The notes beneath the pieces were generated by a model. It had not been told where the DNA came from and searched no databases. It saw only the letters and a program-made list of their open reading frames with translations. Shown here in pieces: positions 1 through 12,018 of a DNA stretch of 64,000 bases (positions are counted from its first letter, which is position 1; the number at the start of each line of letters is the position of its first letter). Source of the stretch: Gammaproteobacteria bacterium UBA6940. GTDB lineage: Bacteria; Pseudomonadota; Gammaproteobacteria; Pseudomonadales; UBA6940. The position numbers were made by a program, and so were the translations under genes. Location of the stretch: the NCBI GenBank assembly GCA_002450655.1, contig DJZY01000058.1, positions 23,613 to 87,612 on the forward strand, written 5' to 3'.

Positions 1-2463
1 AGTAATCACTGAAAATAATAAACTTTCAACTGTGTCCAAAGCACTAATTGTGAGCTTATCAAGCTGCAACCAGCCTGATTTGCCAACTAGATCTGAAATT
101 ACACTTAATTTTGTTTCATGATTGCTGTAGTCAAATACCAGTTTTGCAACTGGAGTTTCGCAATTTTTGGCGGTATCTAATGACCACTCACCGAGTGGAT
201 GATTTAAACGATAAGCGTGAACTTTGAAACCCTGTTGGTACTGCTGGTTGTCTTTACCACGAACAAGCTGATAACGCCCAATAGGCACTGTATCAATCGG
301 TGAATGAGTTAATTGAAAACTATAATCGTGATCTTGAAAATGAGCATGGGCATCAGAAGTTAATGTGGAGCCACCAAGCGAGTACCGAGTGACACCCCAG
401 AACCAGCGTCCAACTTTGTCTAACCTTGCTTGAGCTGAGTCAAGCTGAAACTTTAATTTGGCGTGAACATCTTCATCAAAGTGTTCCATTAACTGACTTT
501 GGGTTTGTTTAAGCTTGTCATTAATATCGACTTCAAGCTCTTTTTGCAATTCCTGAAATGCAAATTCGATATCTTCTGGCCTTCGACAAGTATCATAAAT
601 TCGAGCTATGCGTTTTTCAAAATCAATTCCGGACTCGATACGCCCTAAGACTTCATCCGATGCACCAAATACACCTGAAAATAACTGAAACTTTTCTGTT
701 AGCAATTCGAGAACTCGTTGATCTGCCTGGTTTCGAGTATTTAGAAAATTAATAACAACTACATCATGCTTTTGCCCATAACGGTGGCAGCGACCAATAC
801 GTTGTTCAACACGCTGTGGATTCCATGGCAAATCGTAATTGATTAGTAATGCGCAGAATTGTAGGTTTACACCCTCTGCGGCAGCTTCAGTGGCAATCAT
901 AATTTCAGCACGTTCTCGAAATTCATCAATTAATGCAGTACGTTTGTCCACATGCGTAGAGCCTGTTATGCGATCACTATCTTGATATTGCTTTAACCAA
1001 TTTTGATAAATTTCATTAGCCTCTGTACCAGAATTTGTACCACTAAAGGTAACAATTTTTTTTTCGTAGCCATTTCGAGAAAGATAATCGGCTAAAAAAT
1101 GCTGAGTTCGCTTGGATTCAGTAAAAATGATAGCCTTGCGTGGACCATTGTGTTCTATCATCTTAGCAAAGCCAATATCAAGTGCAGCAATAAGCGCTTC
1201 TGCCTTCGTATCTGTTGTTAGATACTGGGCTTGCTGGATGAATGACTCAATTTCGGCTATTTCTACCTGTAGCTCTTTAATTTCTTTTTCTTTAGCTTCT
1301 AATTGATTGCATGGGTTTGCCGGCTCTTCATTTAGCGCCTTATAATCGGTAGCTTCTGGGATGTCTTTATCAGAATATTCATCAGCATCTAGATATTCGT
1401 CCTCAAGCTCGTTTTGCTGCACAAGATTTACGGCTAGGTCCTCATCAGAAATATCATGGCCGTTTAATTTTTTTTGCAAGCGCTCAAGTATTGTTTGTAA
1501 TGTGCCAGTAATTGCATATGGGCTTGAAGCAAGAAGCTTACGCAAAATTAATCCAGTGAGATGACGCTGTCGCTTTGGAAGAGCAAAGGATATTTCACGC
1601 TGCAAAAAAGCTGAAATGCGTTCGTACAATTCATGCTCTGCATCTGTAGGCTTAAATGGCTGGGTAATAGCTTGTCGTTTGGTATAACGAACATACTCAA
1701 GAACTTGACTACGCAATGTGCGCTTAGCAAAACCGGCCAGGCGTTGTTTCAAAGCATCTGAATCATTTTCACCACTGATAAACTGTTTACGAAATGCTTT
1801 TTCATCACCAAATATGTGTTCATCAAGTAATTGAGCAAGACCATAAAGTTCCATCAGAGAATTCTGAAGAGGGGTTGCGGTAAGCAGCACTTTGCGACGA
1901 CCATTGAATGCTGATCTGAGTGCTTGCCCCATGCGATTACTTGCACGGTAAGAGTTTCTTAACTTGTGGGCTTCATCAATCACAACTAAGTGCCAAGGAA
2001 TCGCAACCATTTCATTTGCCAGCTTTGCTGCAAAGTGATATGACATAATAATGATTTGCTTTCCAGCCATACCAGAAATACATTCACCAGCGCTAAGTCC
2101 CATACGTTTAACTGTGGCTGAATCTAACACAATACTAGGTAGTGCAAATTTTTCAGCCAATTCCTGGGACCATTGTTTTCGTAATGCTGCAGGGCATACA
2201 ATAATCAGACGACGTCGACGCTCTGCCCAGTACTGACAGAGAACAAGTGATGCCTCTATAGTTTTGCCAAGACCTACCTCATCTGCTAGCAATACACCTT
2301 GCTGCAATGGGTTTCTAATTGCAAAAAGTGCAGCTTCAATTTGGTGAGGATTCAGATCTACAGTCGCGTCAAACAAAGACTGTGAAAGGCGATCGACACT
2401 ATCTGCAGCATGTATACATGTAAGCTCATTGGCATAGTATTTAGCGTGGTATGGTGAAATCAT
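1..2463 (-). CDS. SNF2-family (SF2) helicase/ATPase, 3' end runs off the window; family often linked to type III restriction-modification loci
   Basis: Not in the ORF track because it is open at the edge. Manual translation from ATG 2463 gives MISPYHAKYYANELT...VDLNPHQIEAALFA...LLADEVGLGKTIEA (Walker A), VVIDEAHKLRN (motif II), LLTATPLQN (III), TEAAAEGVNLQ (V), NYDLPWNPQRVEQRIGRCHRYGQ (VI); frame reads open to position 1. Confidence 0.92.
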   Translation of the reverse strand, partial: MISPYHAKYYANELTCIHAADSVDRLSQSLFDATVDLNPHQIEAALFAIRNPLQQGVLLADEVGLGKTIEASLVLCQYWAERRRRLIIVCPAALRKQWSQELAEKFALPSIVLDSATVKRMGLSAGECISGMAGKQIIIMSYHFAAKLANEMVAIPWHLVVIDEAHKLRNSYRASNRMGQALRSAFNGRRKVLLTATPLQNSLMELYGLAQLLDEHIFGDEKAFRKQFISGENDSDALKQRLAGFAKRTLRSQVLEYVRYTKRQAITQPFKPTDAEHELYERISAFLQREISFALPKRQRHLTGLILRKLLASSPYAITGTLQTILERLQKKLNGHDISDEDLAVNLVQQNELEDEYLDADEYSDKDIPEATDYKALNEEPANPCNQLEAKEKEIKELQVEIAEIESFIQQAQYLTTDTKAEALIAALDIGFAKMIEHNGPRKAIIFTESKRTQHFLADYLSRNGYEKKIVTFSGTNSGTEANEIYQNWLKQYQDSDRITGSTHVDKRTALIDEFRERAEIMIATEAAAEGVNLQFCALLINYDLPWNPQRVEQRIGRCHRYGQKHDVVVINFLNTRNQADQRVLELLTEKFQLFSGVFGASDEVLGRIESGIDFEKRIARIYDTCRRPEDIEFAFQELQKELEVDINDKLKQTQSQLMEHFDEDVHAKLKFQLDSAQARLDKVGRWFWGVTRYSLGGSTLTSDAHAHFQDHDYSFQLTHSPIDTVPIGRYQLVRGKDNQQYQQGFKVHAYRLNHPLGEWSLDTAKNCETPVAKLVFDYSNHETKLSVISDLVGKSGWLQLDKLTISALDTVESLLFSVIT

Positions 2464-2902
2464 TTTATACTTTCTTCTGGCTGCTGGTTTATCCACATTC
2501 TAATTTAGAGAATATTGAAGAGCCAGCATCTATTGTCGTAAATATTTCAATAATAATCACTACTTCTAGCTTCTTCAATATTTATCAAGCAAACTGCAAA
2601 GCCCAATTTTTTATAGATAAGCACCGAAATTTATACTATTGGTGCGAAAGACTTTATGCAGAATAAGTGTAACTCATTTTGAAAACTATCAATTTTTAAA
2701 ATATGCTCAAATGAAGTTCTAACAAAAGCAAAGTAATCAATCGACACACAGGGTGGCAACTAAACCTAGATATAATTTAGCCATCAAAAGTCCATGTTAT
2801 GATGGTTAAAATTAGAAAGATGATTAAATTTGAGAAAAGAAAAAGCAGCTAATATTTAGCCTATTTACAACAATGAAAATCTAAAAGTACTCTGCCTAAA
2901 AT

Positions 2903-2933
2903 GGTAACTTACTCTATAATGGAGCAAGTTACC
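2903..2933 (-). terminator. Probable glmS terminator hairpin
   Basis: Inverted repeat GGTAACTTACTC/GAGCAAGTTACC about 45 nt after the glmS stop, followed by ATTTT on the minus strand. Confidence 0.55.
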
Positions 2934-2976
2934 TAGATTATTCAGTTTAATAAAGTCAAAGTATAAGTCTTCAGCT

Positions 2977-4827
2977 TTACTCTACAGTAACAGACTTCGC
3001 GAGGTTACGTGGCTGATCTACATCCGTTCCTTTAATAAGTGCCACATGGTATGACAACAGCTGTAAAGGTACAGAATATGCAATTGGAGAGAGTGTTTTA
3101 ATTTTTGCAGGAAGATGGATAACGTGAGCTGCATCTTCAGATACATTCACGTTTTCATCTGCAAAAACAAATAGCTGGCCACCACGTGCACGAACTTCTT
3201 GTAAGTTCGACTTTAACTTATCAACAAGCTCATCGTTTGGTGCTACTGCAACAACTGGCATGTCTTGGTCAACAAGCGCAAGTGGACCATGCTTTAATTC
3301 ACCAGCAGCATAAGCTTCTGCGTGAATATAAGAAATTTCTTTCAGTTTTAAAGCACCTTCCATCGCCACAGGGTAATGCACACCTCGGCCTAAGAAAAGG
3401 CTGTGATTTTTATCACCAAAATGACCTGCAAGTGCTTCGATATCTTTATCTGACTCTAGAACTGTCTTTAAAATTTGTGGCAGTTCACGAAGCTCTTGTA
3501 CATAACCAGCTTCTTTTTCAGCTGTTAGACCAAAGCGACGACCTACTGCAAGTACAAGCAAGAAAAGCGCTGTGAGCTGTGTCGTAAATGCTTTTGTGGA
3601 AGCAACACCAACTTCTGGGCCTGCATGAGTTAGCAAGTTAAGTTCTGTTTCACGTACAAGCGAACTTGTTGGCACGTTACACACACAAAGTGAACCGATA
3701 AAACGATCTTTCGAGCTGCGTAATGCTGCAAGAGTATCTGCAGTTTCACCACTTTGAGAAATTGTGATTAAAAGCGTATTTTCTGGCACAACTGTTTTGC
3801 GGTATCTGAACTCACTGGCAATTTCAACTTGGCAAGGAATGCCAGCAATGCTTTCAAACCAATAACGAGCAACAACACCTGCGTGATAACTTGTACCACA
3901 AGCAAGAATCTGAATATTTTTTACTTTATCGAAAATATCAGATGCTTTAGGGCCAAATGCACTTTCAAGAACCTTCTCATGATCGATACGGCCTTCAAGT
4001 GTTTGCTGAACAGCATGTGGCTGTTCGTAGATTTCTTTCAGCATGTAGTGACGGAATTCGCCCTTCTCTGCTGAGTCTTGCTGGCCTTCAAGCTCACTGA
4101 TTGCACGCTCTACAGGATTACCTTGGATATCGACAACAGTTATTTTCTTCGCTTCGATACAAGCCATATCACCATCTTCAAGATGCATAAAGCGGTTTGT
4201 CACAGGTAATAGTGCTAACTGATCAGAAGCAACAAAATGCTCGCCAATACCAATACCGATAACAAGTGGGCTGCCTTTACGGCCAGCAACTAATTGATCT
4301 GGATAACGAGTGTTGATAACAGCAATCGCATATGCGCCTTCAAGCTTCTGCATTGCAAGAGCAACAGCCTTGCTTAATAGATCAGAAGACGCTTCTGAGT
4401 TTGCTTCAAGATTTTTCAGTTCACGGTGAATAAGGTGAGCAACAGCTTCTGAATCTGTTTGCGATGAAAACTCATAGCCAGCTGCTTTGAGCTCATCACG
4501 AAGTGGCACGTAGTTTTCAATAATACCATTATGCACAATGGCAAGCTCATTATGAGAAATATGAGGATGCGCATTGTCTTCACTTGGAGCACCATGAGTA
4601 GCCCAGCGAGTATGTGAAATACCTAGATGACCAGTTTTAGGCGTTGCTTCTTCAGCAGCTACAAGCTCAGCAACTTTACCAAGGCATCTTAAACGTTCAA
4701 GTGAGCCTTGATTTGAACGTACAACTAGTCCAGCTGAGTCATAACCACGGTATTCAAGGCGACGAAGGCCTTCAAGAAGAATAGGAGTTACATTACGATC
4801 AGCAATGGCACCAACGATTCCGCACAT
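2977..4827 (-). CDS. glmS: Glutamine-fructose-6-phosphate transaminase (isomerizing)
   Basis: MCGIVG N-terminus, HTRWATHG, C-terminal DQPRNLAKSVTVE. Confidence 0.99.
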   Translation of the reverse strand: MCGIVGAIADRNVTPILLEGLRRLEYRGYDSAGLVVRSNQGSLERLRCLGKVAELVAAEEATPKTGHLGISHTRWATHGAPSEDNAHPHISHNELAIVHNGIIENYVPLRDELKAAGYEFSSQTDSEAVAHLIHRELKNLEANSEASSDLLSKAVALAMQKLEGAYAIAVINTRYPDQLVAGRKGSPLVIGIGIGEHFVASDQLALLPVTNRFMHLEDGDMACIEAKKITVVDIQGNPVERAISELEGQQDSAEKGEFRHYMLKEIYEQPHAVQQTLEGRIDHEKVLESAFGPKASDIFDKVKNIQILACGTSYHAGVVARYWFESIAGIPCQVEIASEFRYRKTVVPENTLLITISQSGETADTLAALRSSKDRFIGSLCVCNVPTSSLVRETELNLLTHAGPEVGVASTKAFTTQLTALFLLVLAVGRRFGLTAEKEAGYVQELRELPQILKTVLESDKDIEALAGHFGDKNHSLFLGRGVHYPVAMEGALKLKEISYIHAEAYAAGELKHGPLALVDQDMPVVAVAPNDELVDKLKSNLQEVRARGGQLFVFADENVNVSEDAAHVIHLPAKIKTLSPIAYSVPLQLLSYHVALIKGTDVDQPRNLAKSVTVE

Positions 4828-4838
4828 AATTAATCCTT

Positions 4839-6245
4839 TTAGTTTTTCTTAGTTGGACGTTTCCAACCATTGATAATACGAGGCTTCGCACGAGCAACAG
4901 CCAAAGCACTTTCTGGTACATCTTGAGTTAGCGTAGAGCCAGCACCCACTGTAGCACCTTGAGCGATGTTAAGCGGTGCGACTAAGCTTGAGTTGGAACC
5001 AATAAAAACGCCTTCACCAATAATGGTCTTATGCTTATTTACACCATCGTAGTTACAGAAGATAGTCCCTGCACCAATATTTGTTTCTCTGCCTATTTCG
5101 CAATCACCTGCATATGATAGATGATTGATCTTAGCACCTTCGCCAATAACAGCATTTTTAGTTTCGACGAAGTTACCTAGACGAGCACCTTCCGCAAGCT
5201 TACTGCCTGGTCTCACACGAGCAAATGGCCCAACATTACAGTTTTGAGCGATCTCAGCATCAGCAATATCGCAAAAAGCATTGATTTCAACATTATCGCC
5301 AATCACAACGTTCTTTAAACGCACATTCTGGCCTATTTTAACGTTGTCACCAAGAACAACCTTGCCTTCAATTACAACGTTAATATCCAAGGTGCAATCA
5401 ACACCTGCTTTCAGCTCACCACGGATATCAATGCGGGATGCATCAGCAATCGTAACCCCTTCAACCATAAGGGCACGAGCATAGTTACGCTGATACAATC
5501 GTTCCAAAGCTTCCAATTGTACGCGATCATTCACGCCTTGAACTTCCCAATCGTTTGGAGCAACGATGACTTCGACTCGGCTTTGTGGCTCATTTTTTTC
5601 TGCAGCAAGACCAACCAAATCAGGCAAGTAATATTCTTGCTGTGCATTGTTATTTGATACCTTTGGAAGAAGCTCTTCTAAAAGTGACTTATTCAAGACC
5701 ATAACGTTTGTGTTGATCTCTTTGACAGCTCGCTGCTCTGAAGTTGCATCTTTTTCTTCAACGATACCTGTAACAACACCATTTTCATCACGAAGAATAC
5801 GACCATATCCATGAGGGTTATCAATCACTTGCGTTAGAAGAGAGAACTCTGTTTGTACTTGGCATAGCGATTTGAAGGTCGACGTTTGCGTTAAAGGTAC
5901 ATCACCAGAAATAATGAGTACTTTTGAGCTTGGTTTTGCACCTGTCTCATTCAGGAAAGGCAGTGCTGTTTGAACTGCATGTGCTGTACCAAGTTGTTCA
6001 GCTTGATGAACCCATGTAATTTGGCGGCCATCTTCTGCTGCCCAATCTTTAAGCTGTTGAGCTTCATGACCCACAATCACAAAAATACCTTTCGGTTGAA
6101 GTGCTTCAACATTATCAAGGACGTGACCTATCATTGGCTTACCTGCCAGCGGATGAAGGACCTTATGTAATTTTGACTTCATTCGCGTGCCCTTTCCTGC
6201 AGCGAGTACTATCACATAGATATCTTGAGTTATGTGATCAGCCAT
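4839..6245 (-). CDS. glmU: Bifunctional UDP-GlcNAc pyrophosphorylase / glucosamine-1-phosphate acetyltransferase
   Basis: LAAGKGTRMKS, hexapeptide repeats, GAGTIFCNYDG; adjacent to glmS. Confidence 0.98.
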   Translation of the reverse strand: MADHITQDIYVIVLAAGKGTRMKSKLHKVLHPLAGKPMIGHVLDNVEALQPKGIFVIVGHEAQQLKDWAAEDGRQITWVHQAEQLGTAHAVQTALPFLNETGAKPSSKVLIISGDVPLTQTSTFKSLCQVQTEFSLLTQVIDNPHGYGRILRDENGVVTGIVEEKDATSEQRAVKEINTNVMVLNKSLLEELLPKVSNNNAQQEYYLPDLVGLAAEKNEPQSRVEVIVAPNDWEVQGVNDRVQLEALERLYQRNYARALMVEGVTIADASRIDIRGELKAGVDCTLDINVVIEGKVVLGDNVKIGQNVRLKNVVIGDNVEINAFCDIADAEIAQNCNVGPFARVRPGSKLAEGARLGNFVETKNAVIGEGAKINHLSYAGDCEIGRETNIGAGTIFCNYDGVNKHKTIIGEGVFIGSNSSLVAPLNIAQGATVGAGSTLTQDVPESALAVARAKPRIINGWKRPTKKN

Positions 6246-6476
6246 GTAGTTCTCCCGTTAAATTAGTCATATTCAAATACGCTAAATCAGCACAAATAGC
6301 TTATTAGTTATATAATGTAAATTATTATTAATTTATTATTTCATTTAAAAAATAGCCACTTAGATTAATCCCAATAGTATAAGACACTTATCCTTACAAG
6401 CACATCCAAGTTTACTCAACTAAACTAATACTATGCAAAAACAATCATATGTTTTCAATAAATAAGTGGTCTAAAC

Positions 6477-6980
6477 ATGCAAGCTAGTAAATACCTCTCT
6501 CCAAGCGATGTTGAAAAGCTTGGGCTCGATAAGTTACCAGTATTCCAAGAGTTGCATCGAGATGACCTTGAAAATTTACTTTCCGTGTGTCAGCTACGGA
6601 AGTTCTCAACTGGAGACCATATTATTAAAACAGGGCAATCTGACCCATGGCTATACATCATGCTTGATGGTAAAGCCTCAGTTGTTGTTAAAGATATAGA
6701 GGTCACCGTTATACACTCGAGAGGCGCACTATTTGGTGAAGCAGCGCTTATTGATACCTCCGCGCGCAAAGCAGATGTTATAGCGTTAACTGACTGCGAA
6801 TGTTTGGGCATAGACTCTGTTCTTATGGAAGAAGTGCTTTGCACAACAAATATGATCTTCTATGCCCATTTCTACAAACATATTACAGCAATGCTTTCTG
6901 AACGCTTAACGAAAACCAGTGAAGAATTGACACTAGTGAAAAAGGCCTTCAACCAAGTTATTAGCATTAATATGAAATAA
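6477..6980 (+). CDS. Stand-alone cyclic nucleotide-binding domain protein
   Basis: LYIMLDG...FGEAALIDTSARKADVIA phosphate-binding cassette; no C-terminal HTH visible. Confidence 0.85.
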   Translation: MQASKYLSPSDVEKLGLDKLPVFQELHRDDLENLLSVCQLRKFSTGDHIIKTGQSDPWLYIMLDGKASVVVKDIEVTVIHSRGALFGEAALIDTSARKADVIALTDCECLGIDSVLMEEVLCTTNMIFYAHFYKHITAMLSERLTKTSEELTLVKKAFNQVISINMK

Positions 6981-7001
6981 CGCCTTCACTAAACTTCAAC
7001 C

Positions 7002-7035
7002 AAAAAAAAACCCTGATACAAGACCAGGGTTTTTT
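7002..7035. terminator. Bidirectional intrinsic terminator between the cNMP gene and atpC
   Basis: A9-CCCTG-loop-CAGGG-T6. Confidence 0.85.
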
Positions 7036-7050
7036 ATGAGCAACCAAAAA

Positions 7051-7479
7051 TTAACTTGGACGACCCATTTTTTTGCGTAGAGCTTGAATCGTGCGAAGCT
7101 GAGCAGCTGCTTCTGCAAGTTGAGCTGAAGCTGTTGAGAACTGCATTTCAGACTTCTGATCTAGCAGAGCTTCTTCAGCACGCTTGCGAGCTTCTTGAGC
7201 AGCTACTTCGTCAAGATCATGTGCACGCATTGCCATGTCTGCAAGGATAGTTACCCTTTTAGGTTGTACTTCCATGATTCCACCGGAAACATAGAAAACA
7301 CCTTCTTCATCATTTTCAAATAGACGCACAGGACCTGCAACTAGATGAGTTAGAAGTGGAGCGTGATTAGGAGCAATACCAAGTTCGCCTTGAGCGCCTG
7401 GAGCAACTACTAACTCTACTTCACCACTGAAAATCTCACCTTCAGCACTGATTACATCACAAACAATTGTTTTTGCCAT
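7051..7479 (-). CDS. atpC: ATP synthase F1 epsilon subunit
   Basis: GELGIAPNHAPLL, SGGIMEVQP; operon position. Confidence 0.98.
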   Translation of the reverse strand: MAKTIVCDVISAEGEIFSGEVELVVAPGAQGELGIAPNHAPLLTHLVAGPVRLFENDEEGVFYVSGGIMEVQPKRVTILADMAMRAHDLDEVAAQEARKRAEEALLDQKSEMQFSTASAQLAEAAAQLRTIQALRKKMGRPS

Positions 7480-7616
7480 TTCAGTCTCACTTTACATCTC
7501 TACAGAAAAGCAAGCTGTCTTAAAAATAAGACTTTACCTACATTTAAGACAGATTACTTTTCTGAATACCGATAGTGAATCATAAAGAGAGAGGGCTAAA
7601 AGCCCTCTTCCTTAGA

Positions 7617-9017
<1,401 letters not shown>

Positions 9018-9027
9018 TTAAAGTCTT

Positions 9028-9900
9028 TTAAACAGCGCTAGCTCCGCCAACAATTTCCGCCAATTCTTGTGTAATCGATGCCTGACGAGCTTTGTTATAG
9101 ACTAACTGTAATTCTTTAATCATATCGCCTGCGTTATCTGTTGCAGACTTCATTGCAACCATTCGAGCAGCTTGCTCACATGCAATATTTTCAACCAACG
9201 CTTGGTAAGCACGTGATTCGATGAATCGGCTTACAAGATGCTCAAGTAGAGCTTCAGGTGCTGGTTCGTAGATATAATCCCAGGAATAACCTTGTTTCTT
9301 TTCTTCTGCTGCAAAAGTTTCTTTAGTAATTGGGAGGATTTGCTCAACAGTAGGCGCTTGAGTCATTGTATTTACGAACTTATTGTAAATAACCACAACT
9401 TTACTTACTTCACCTGCTAGATACAGATCCAATAAAACTTTTACATTACCAAGGAGGCTTTCCATTGAAGGATGATCACCTAGGCCATTTGTATAAGCAA
9501 CTACGTCGCCGCCAACATTTTTGAAGAAAGCATGTGCTTTGCTACCAACAACGCTGAATTTAGCCTTACCACCGCGATCAGCGATTTCTTTAGCGTAAAC
9601 GTTAACCTTTTTGAAAAGGTTAACGTTTAGGCCGCCACAAAGGCCTCGATCTGAAGAAACGACAAGAACACCAACGTTCTCGCCATCTTGCTCTGTTAAA
9701 TAAGCATGTTCAAAATCAAGGTTTGCAGTTGTTAAGTGAGTTATAACCTGCAAAATTTTTGTAGCGTAAGGCTTAGAGCGCAGCATGTTATCCTGCGCTT
9801 TTTTCATTTTACTTGCAGCAACAAGCTCCATGGCTTTGGTAATTTTTTGAGTACTCTTGACGCTCGCAATTTTAGTGCGAACTTCCTTAGCTCCAGCCAT
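9028..9900 (-). CDS. atpG: ATP synthase F1 gamma subunit
   Basis: KITKAMELVAASK, SDRGLCGG, NKARQASITQEL. Confidence 0.99.
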   Translation of the reverse strand: MAGAKEVRTKIASVKSTQKITKAMELVAASKMKKAQDNMLRSKPYATKILQVITHLTTANLDFEHAYLTEQDGENVGVLVVSSDRGLCGGLNVNLFKKVNVYAKEIADRGGKAKFSVVGSKAHAFFKNVGGDVVAYTNGLGDHPSMESLLGNVKVLLDLYLAGEVSKVVVIYNKFVNTMTQAPTVEQILPITKETFAAEEKKQGYSWDYIYEPAPEALLEHLVSRFIESRAYQALVENIACEQAARMVAMKSATDNAGDMIKELQLVYNKARQASITQELAEIVGGASAV

Positions 9901-9911
9901 AGTTTTTCACC

Positions 9912-11456
9912 TTACCAGCTTTGAGTTGCCTTGAATGACTCAACTGCTTTTGTGAGTCCTGCTTTAACTTCGTCACTGTACTCTGGCTTAGAGTTGATTT
10001 TATCCATCAGCTCTTTGTGCTCAGTGTTCATGTATGCAAGAAGTTTTTCTTCGAAAGCATTTACTTGTGCAATTTCAACGCTATCAAGGAAGCCTTCGTT
10101 TGCAATGAACAGAGAAACTGAAAGCTCAGCAACAGAAAGTGGTGAGTATTGCTTTTGCTTCATAAGTTCAGTTACACGCTGACCATGACGTAGTTGCTTA
10201 CGAGTTGTAGCATCTAGATCGGAAGCGAATTGAGCGAAAGCAGCAAGTTCACGGTACTGTGCAAGTGCTAGACGTACACCACCACCTAGCTTCTTAACGA
10301 TCTTAGTCTGAGCTGCACCACCAACACGAGATACAGATAGACCAGCGTTAATCGCAGGACGGATACCAGAGTTAAATAGGTTAGTTTCTAGGAAGATCTG
10401 ACCATCAGTAATCGAGATTACGTTAGTTGGTACGAACGCAGATACGTCACCAGCTTGAGTTTCGATAATTGGTAGAGCTGTTAGAGAACCTGTTTGGCCT
10501 TTAACTTCACCGTTAGTGAACTTTTCTACGTACTCTTCGTTTACACGAGCAGCACGCTCTAGAAGACGGGAGTGAAGATAGAATACGTCACCTGGGTATG
10601 CTTCACGACCTGGTGGTCTCTTAAGAAGCAAGGAAATTTGACGGTAAGCCCAAGCTTGTTTTGTAAGGTCATCATAAACGATAAGAGCGTCTTGACCACG
10701 ATCTCTGAAGTACTCACCCATTGCGCAACCAGCGAATGGAGCAAGGAATTGCATAGATGCAGGATCAGATGCAGATGCAGAAACAACGATCGTGTGATCC
10801 ATTGCACCGTGCTCTTCAAGCTTGCGTACTACTGCAGCGATAGAAGATTGCTTCTGACCGATTGCAACGTAGATACACTTAATGCCTGTACCTTTTTGGT
10901 TAATGATCGCATCAATAGCAACAGCTGTTTTACCGATCTGACGGTCACCAATGATAAGCTCACGCTGACCACGACCAACTGGAACCATTGCGTCAACAGC
11001 TTTAATACCAGTTTGTACTGGTTGTTCTACTGGCTCACGAGTGATTACACCAGGTGCTACCTGCTCTACTGGAGAAGTTACTTTAGCAGCAATTTCACCT
11101 TTACCATCAATTGGGTTACCTAGAGCATCAACTACGCGACCTAGAAGTTCTGGACCTACTGGTACTTCAAGGATACGACCAGTTGTATAACACTTTTGGC
11201 CTTCAGCAAGTTTTACACAGTCGCCTAATACAACTGCACCAACGGAGTCTTTTTCAAGGTTTAATGCCAGACCGAACAACCCATGTTCAAACTGAATCAT
11301 TTCACCATACATGATGTCATCTAGACCATGTATAGTCACAATACCATCAGATAGAGCGATGATAGTACCTTCGTTTTTCGTAGAAGGCTCGATATTGAGG
11401 CCTTCAATACGCTCCTTAATAATTTGACTAATTTCAGCAGGATTGAGCTGTTGCAT
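9912..11456 (-). CDS. atpA: ATP synthase F1 alpha subunit
   Basis: [30 protein letters not shown]. Confidence 0.99.
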   Translation of the reverse strand: MQQLNPAEISQIIKERIEGLNIEPSTKNEGTIIALSDGIVTIHGLDDIMYGEMIQFEHGLFGLALNLEKDSVGAVVLGDCVKLAEGQKCYTTGRILEVPVGPELLGRVVDALGNPIDGKGEIAAKVTSPVEQVAPGVITREPVEQPVQTGIKAVDAMVPVGRGQRELIIGDRQIGKTAVAIDAIINQKGTGIKCIYVAIGQKQSSIAAVVRKLEEHGAMDHTIVVSASASDPASMQFLAPFAGCAMGEYFRDRGQDALIVYDDLTKQAWAYRQISLLLKRPPGREAYPGDVFYLHSRLLERAARVNEEYVEKFTNGEVKGQTGSLTALPIIETQAGDVSAFVPTNVISITDGQIFLETNLFNSGIRPAINAGLSVSRVGGAAQTKIVKKLGGGVRLALAQYRELAAFAQFASDLDATTRKQLRHGQRVTELMKQKQYSPLSVAELSVSLFIANEGFLDSVEIAQVNAFEEKLLAYMNTEHKELMDKINSKPEYSDEVKAGLTKAVESFKATQSW

Positions 11457-11472
11457 ACTAAACCACCCTTGG

Positions 11473-12009
11473 CTAACGAATCAGATTGTTTTTGAGCTGC
11501 GCCAATTGTTTGCGCACGGAAATATCAATAACATTGCCATTAAATCGGACAATGGCGCCGCCAATAAGATCTGGATCGACGGAAAACTCAGGTTGAATAT
11601 TAAGCCCTGTTTTCTTAGAAATGGCGTCAACGAGCGATTTTTGCTGGCTTTCATCCAACTCAAATGCTGTTACGAACGAAGATCTCACTTGCTGTGACGC
11701 CTCTTCCTTCTTCTGTAAATAAATTGCACAGATATCATCTATTGCCAGCAATCTTGAGTTTTCACCCAAGAGTCTTACAAAACGCTTTGTATCGTCTGTC
11801 ATCCAATCTTGGCAAACGCTTTCTAAAACTTTAAGTTTATCTTCAAGACTTACTGTTGGATTAACAACGTAATCTTTCATTTTATCGATGGCAAGTGCCT
11901 GCTTAAGAGCAAGCAAACACTGCCACCAGCTATCAACTGTATTGCTCTTTAGCGCTACATCATAAGCAGCGAGTGCATAAGGCCGAGCCTGAGTAGCATA
12001 ACTCATCAA
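11473..12009 (-). CDS. atpH: ATP synthase delta subunit
   Basis: [15 protein letters not shown]; operon position. Confidence 0.96.
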   Translation of the reverse strand: MMSYATQARPYALAAYDVALKSNTVDSWWQCLLALKQALAIDKMKDYVVNPTVSLEDKLKVLESVCQDWMTDDTKRFVRLLGENSRLLAIDDICAIYLQKKEEASQQVRSSFVTAFELDESQQKSLVDAISKKTGLNIQPEFSVDPDLIGGAIVRFNGNVIDISVRKQLAQLKNNLIR

Positions 12010-12018
12010 TAAACTCCT

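Noticed and set aside
558-2666. Short ORFs listed in the track in this interval
   Set aside because: They are shadows of the long minus-strand SNF2 frame or lie in its promoter region
2930-2976. Tn7 right end at the canonical attTn7 position
   Set aside because: No TGT-initiated terminal repeat or repeated TnsB sites seen about 25 bp past the glmS stop, and the terminator-like hairpin appears intact
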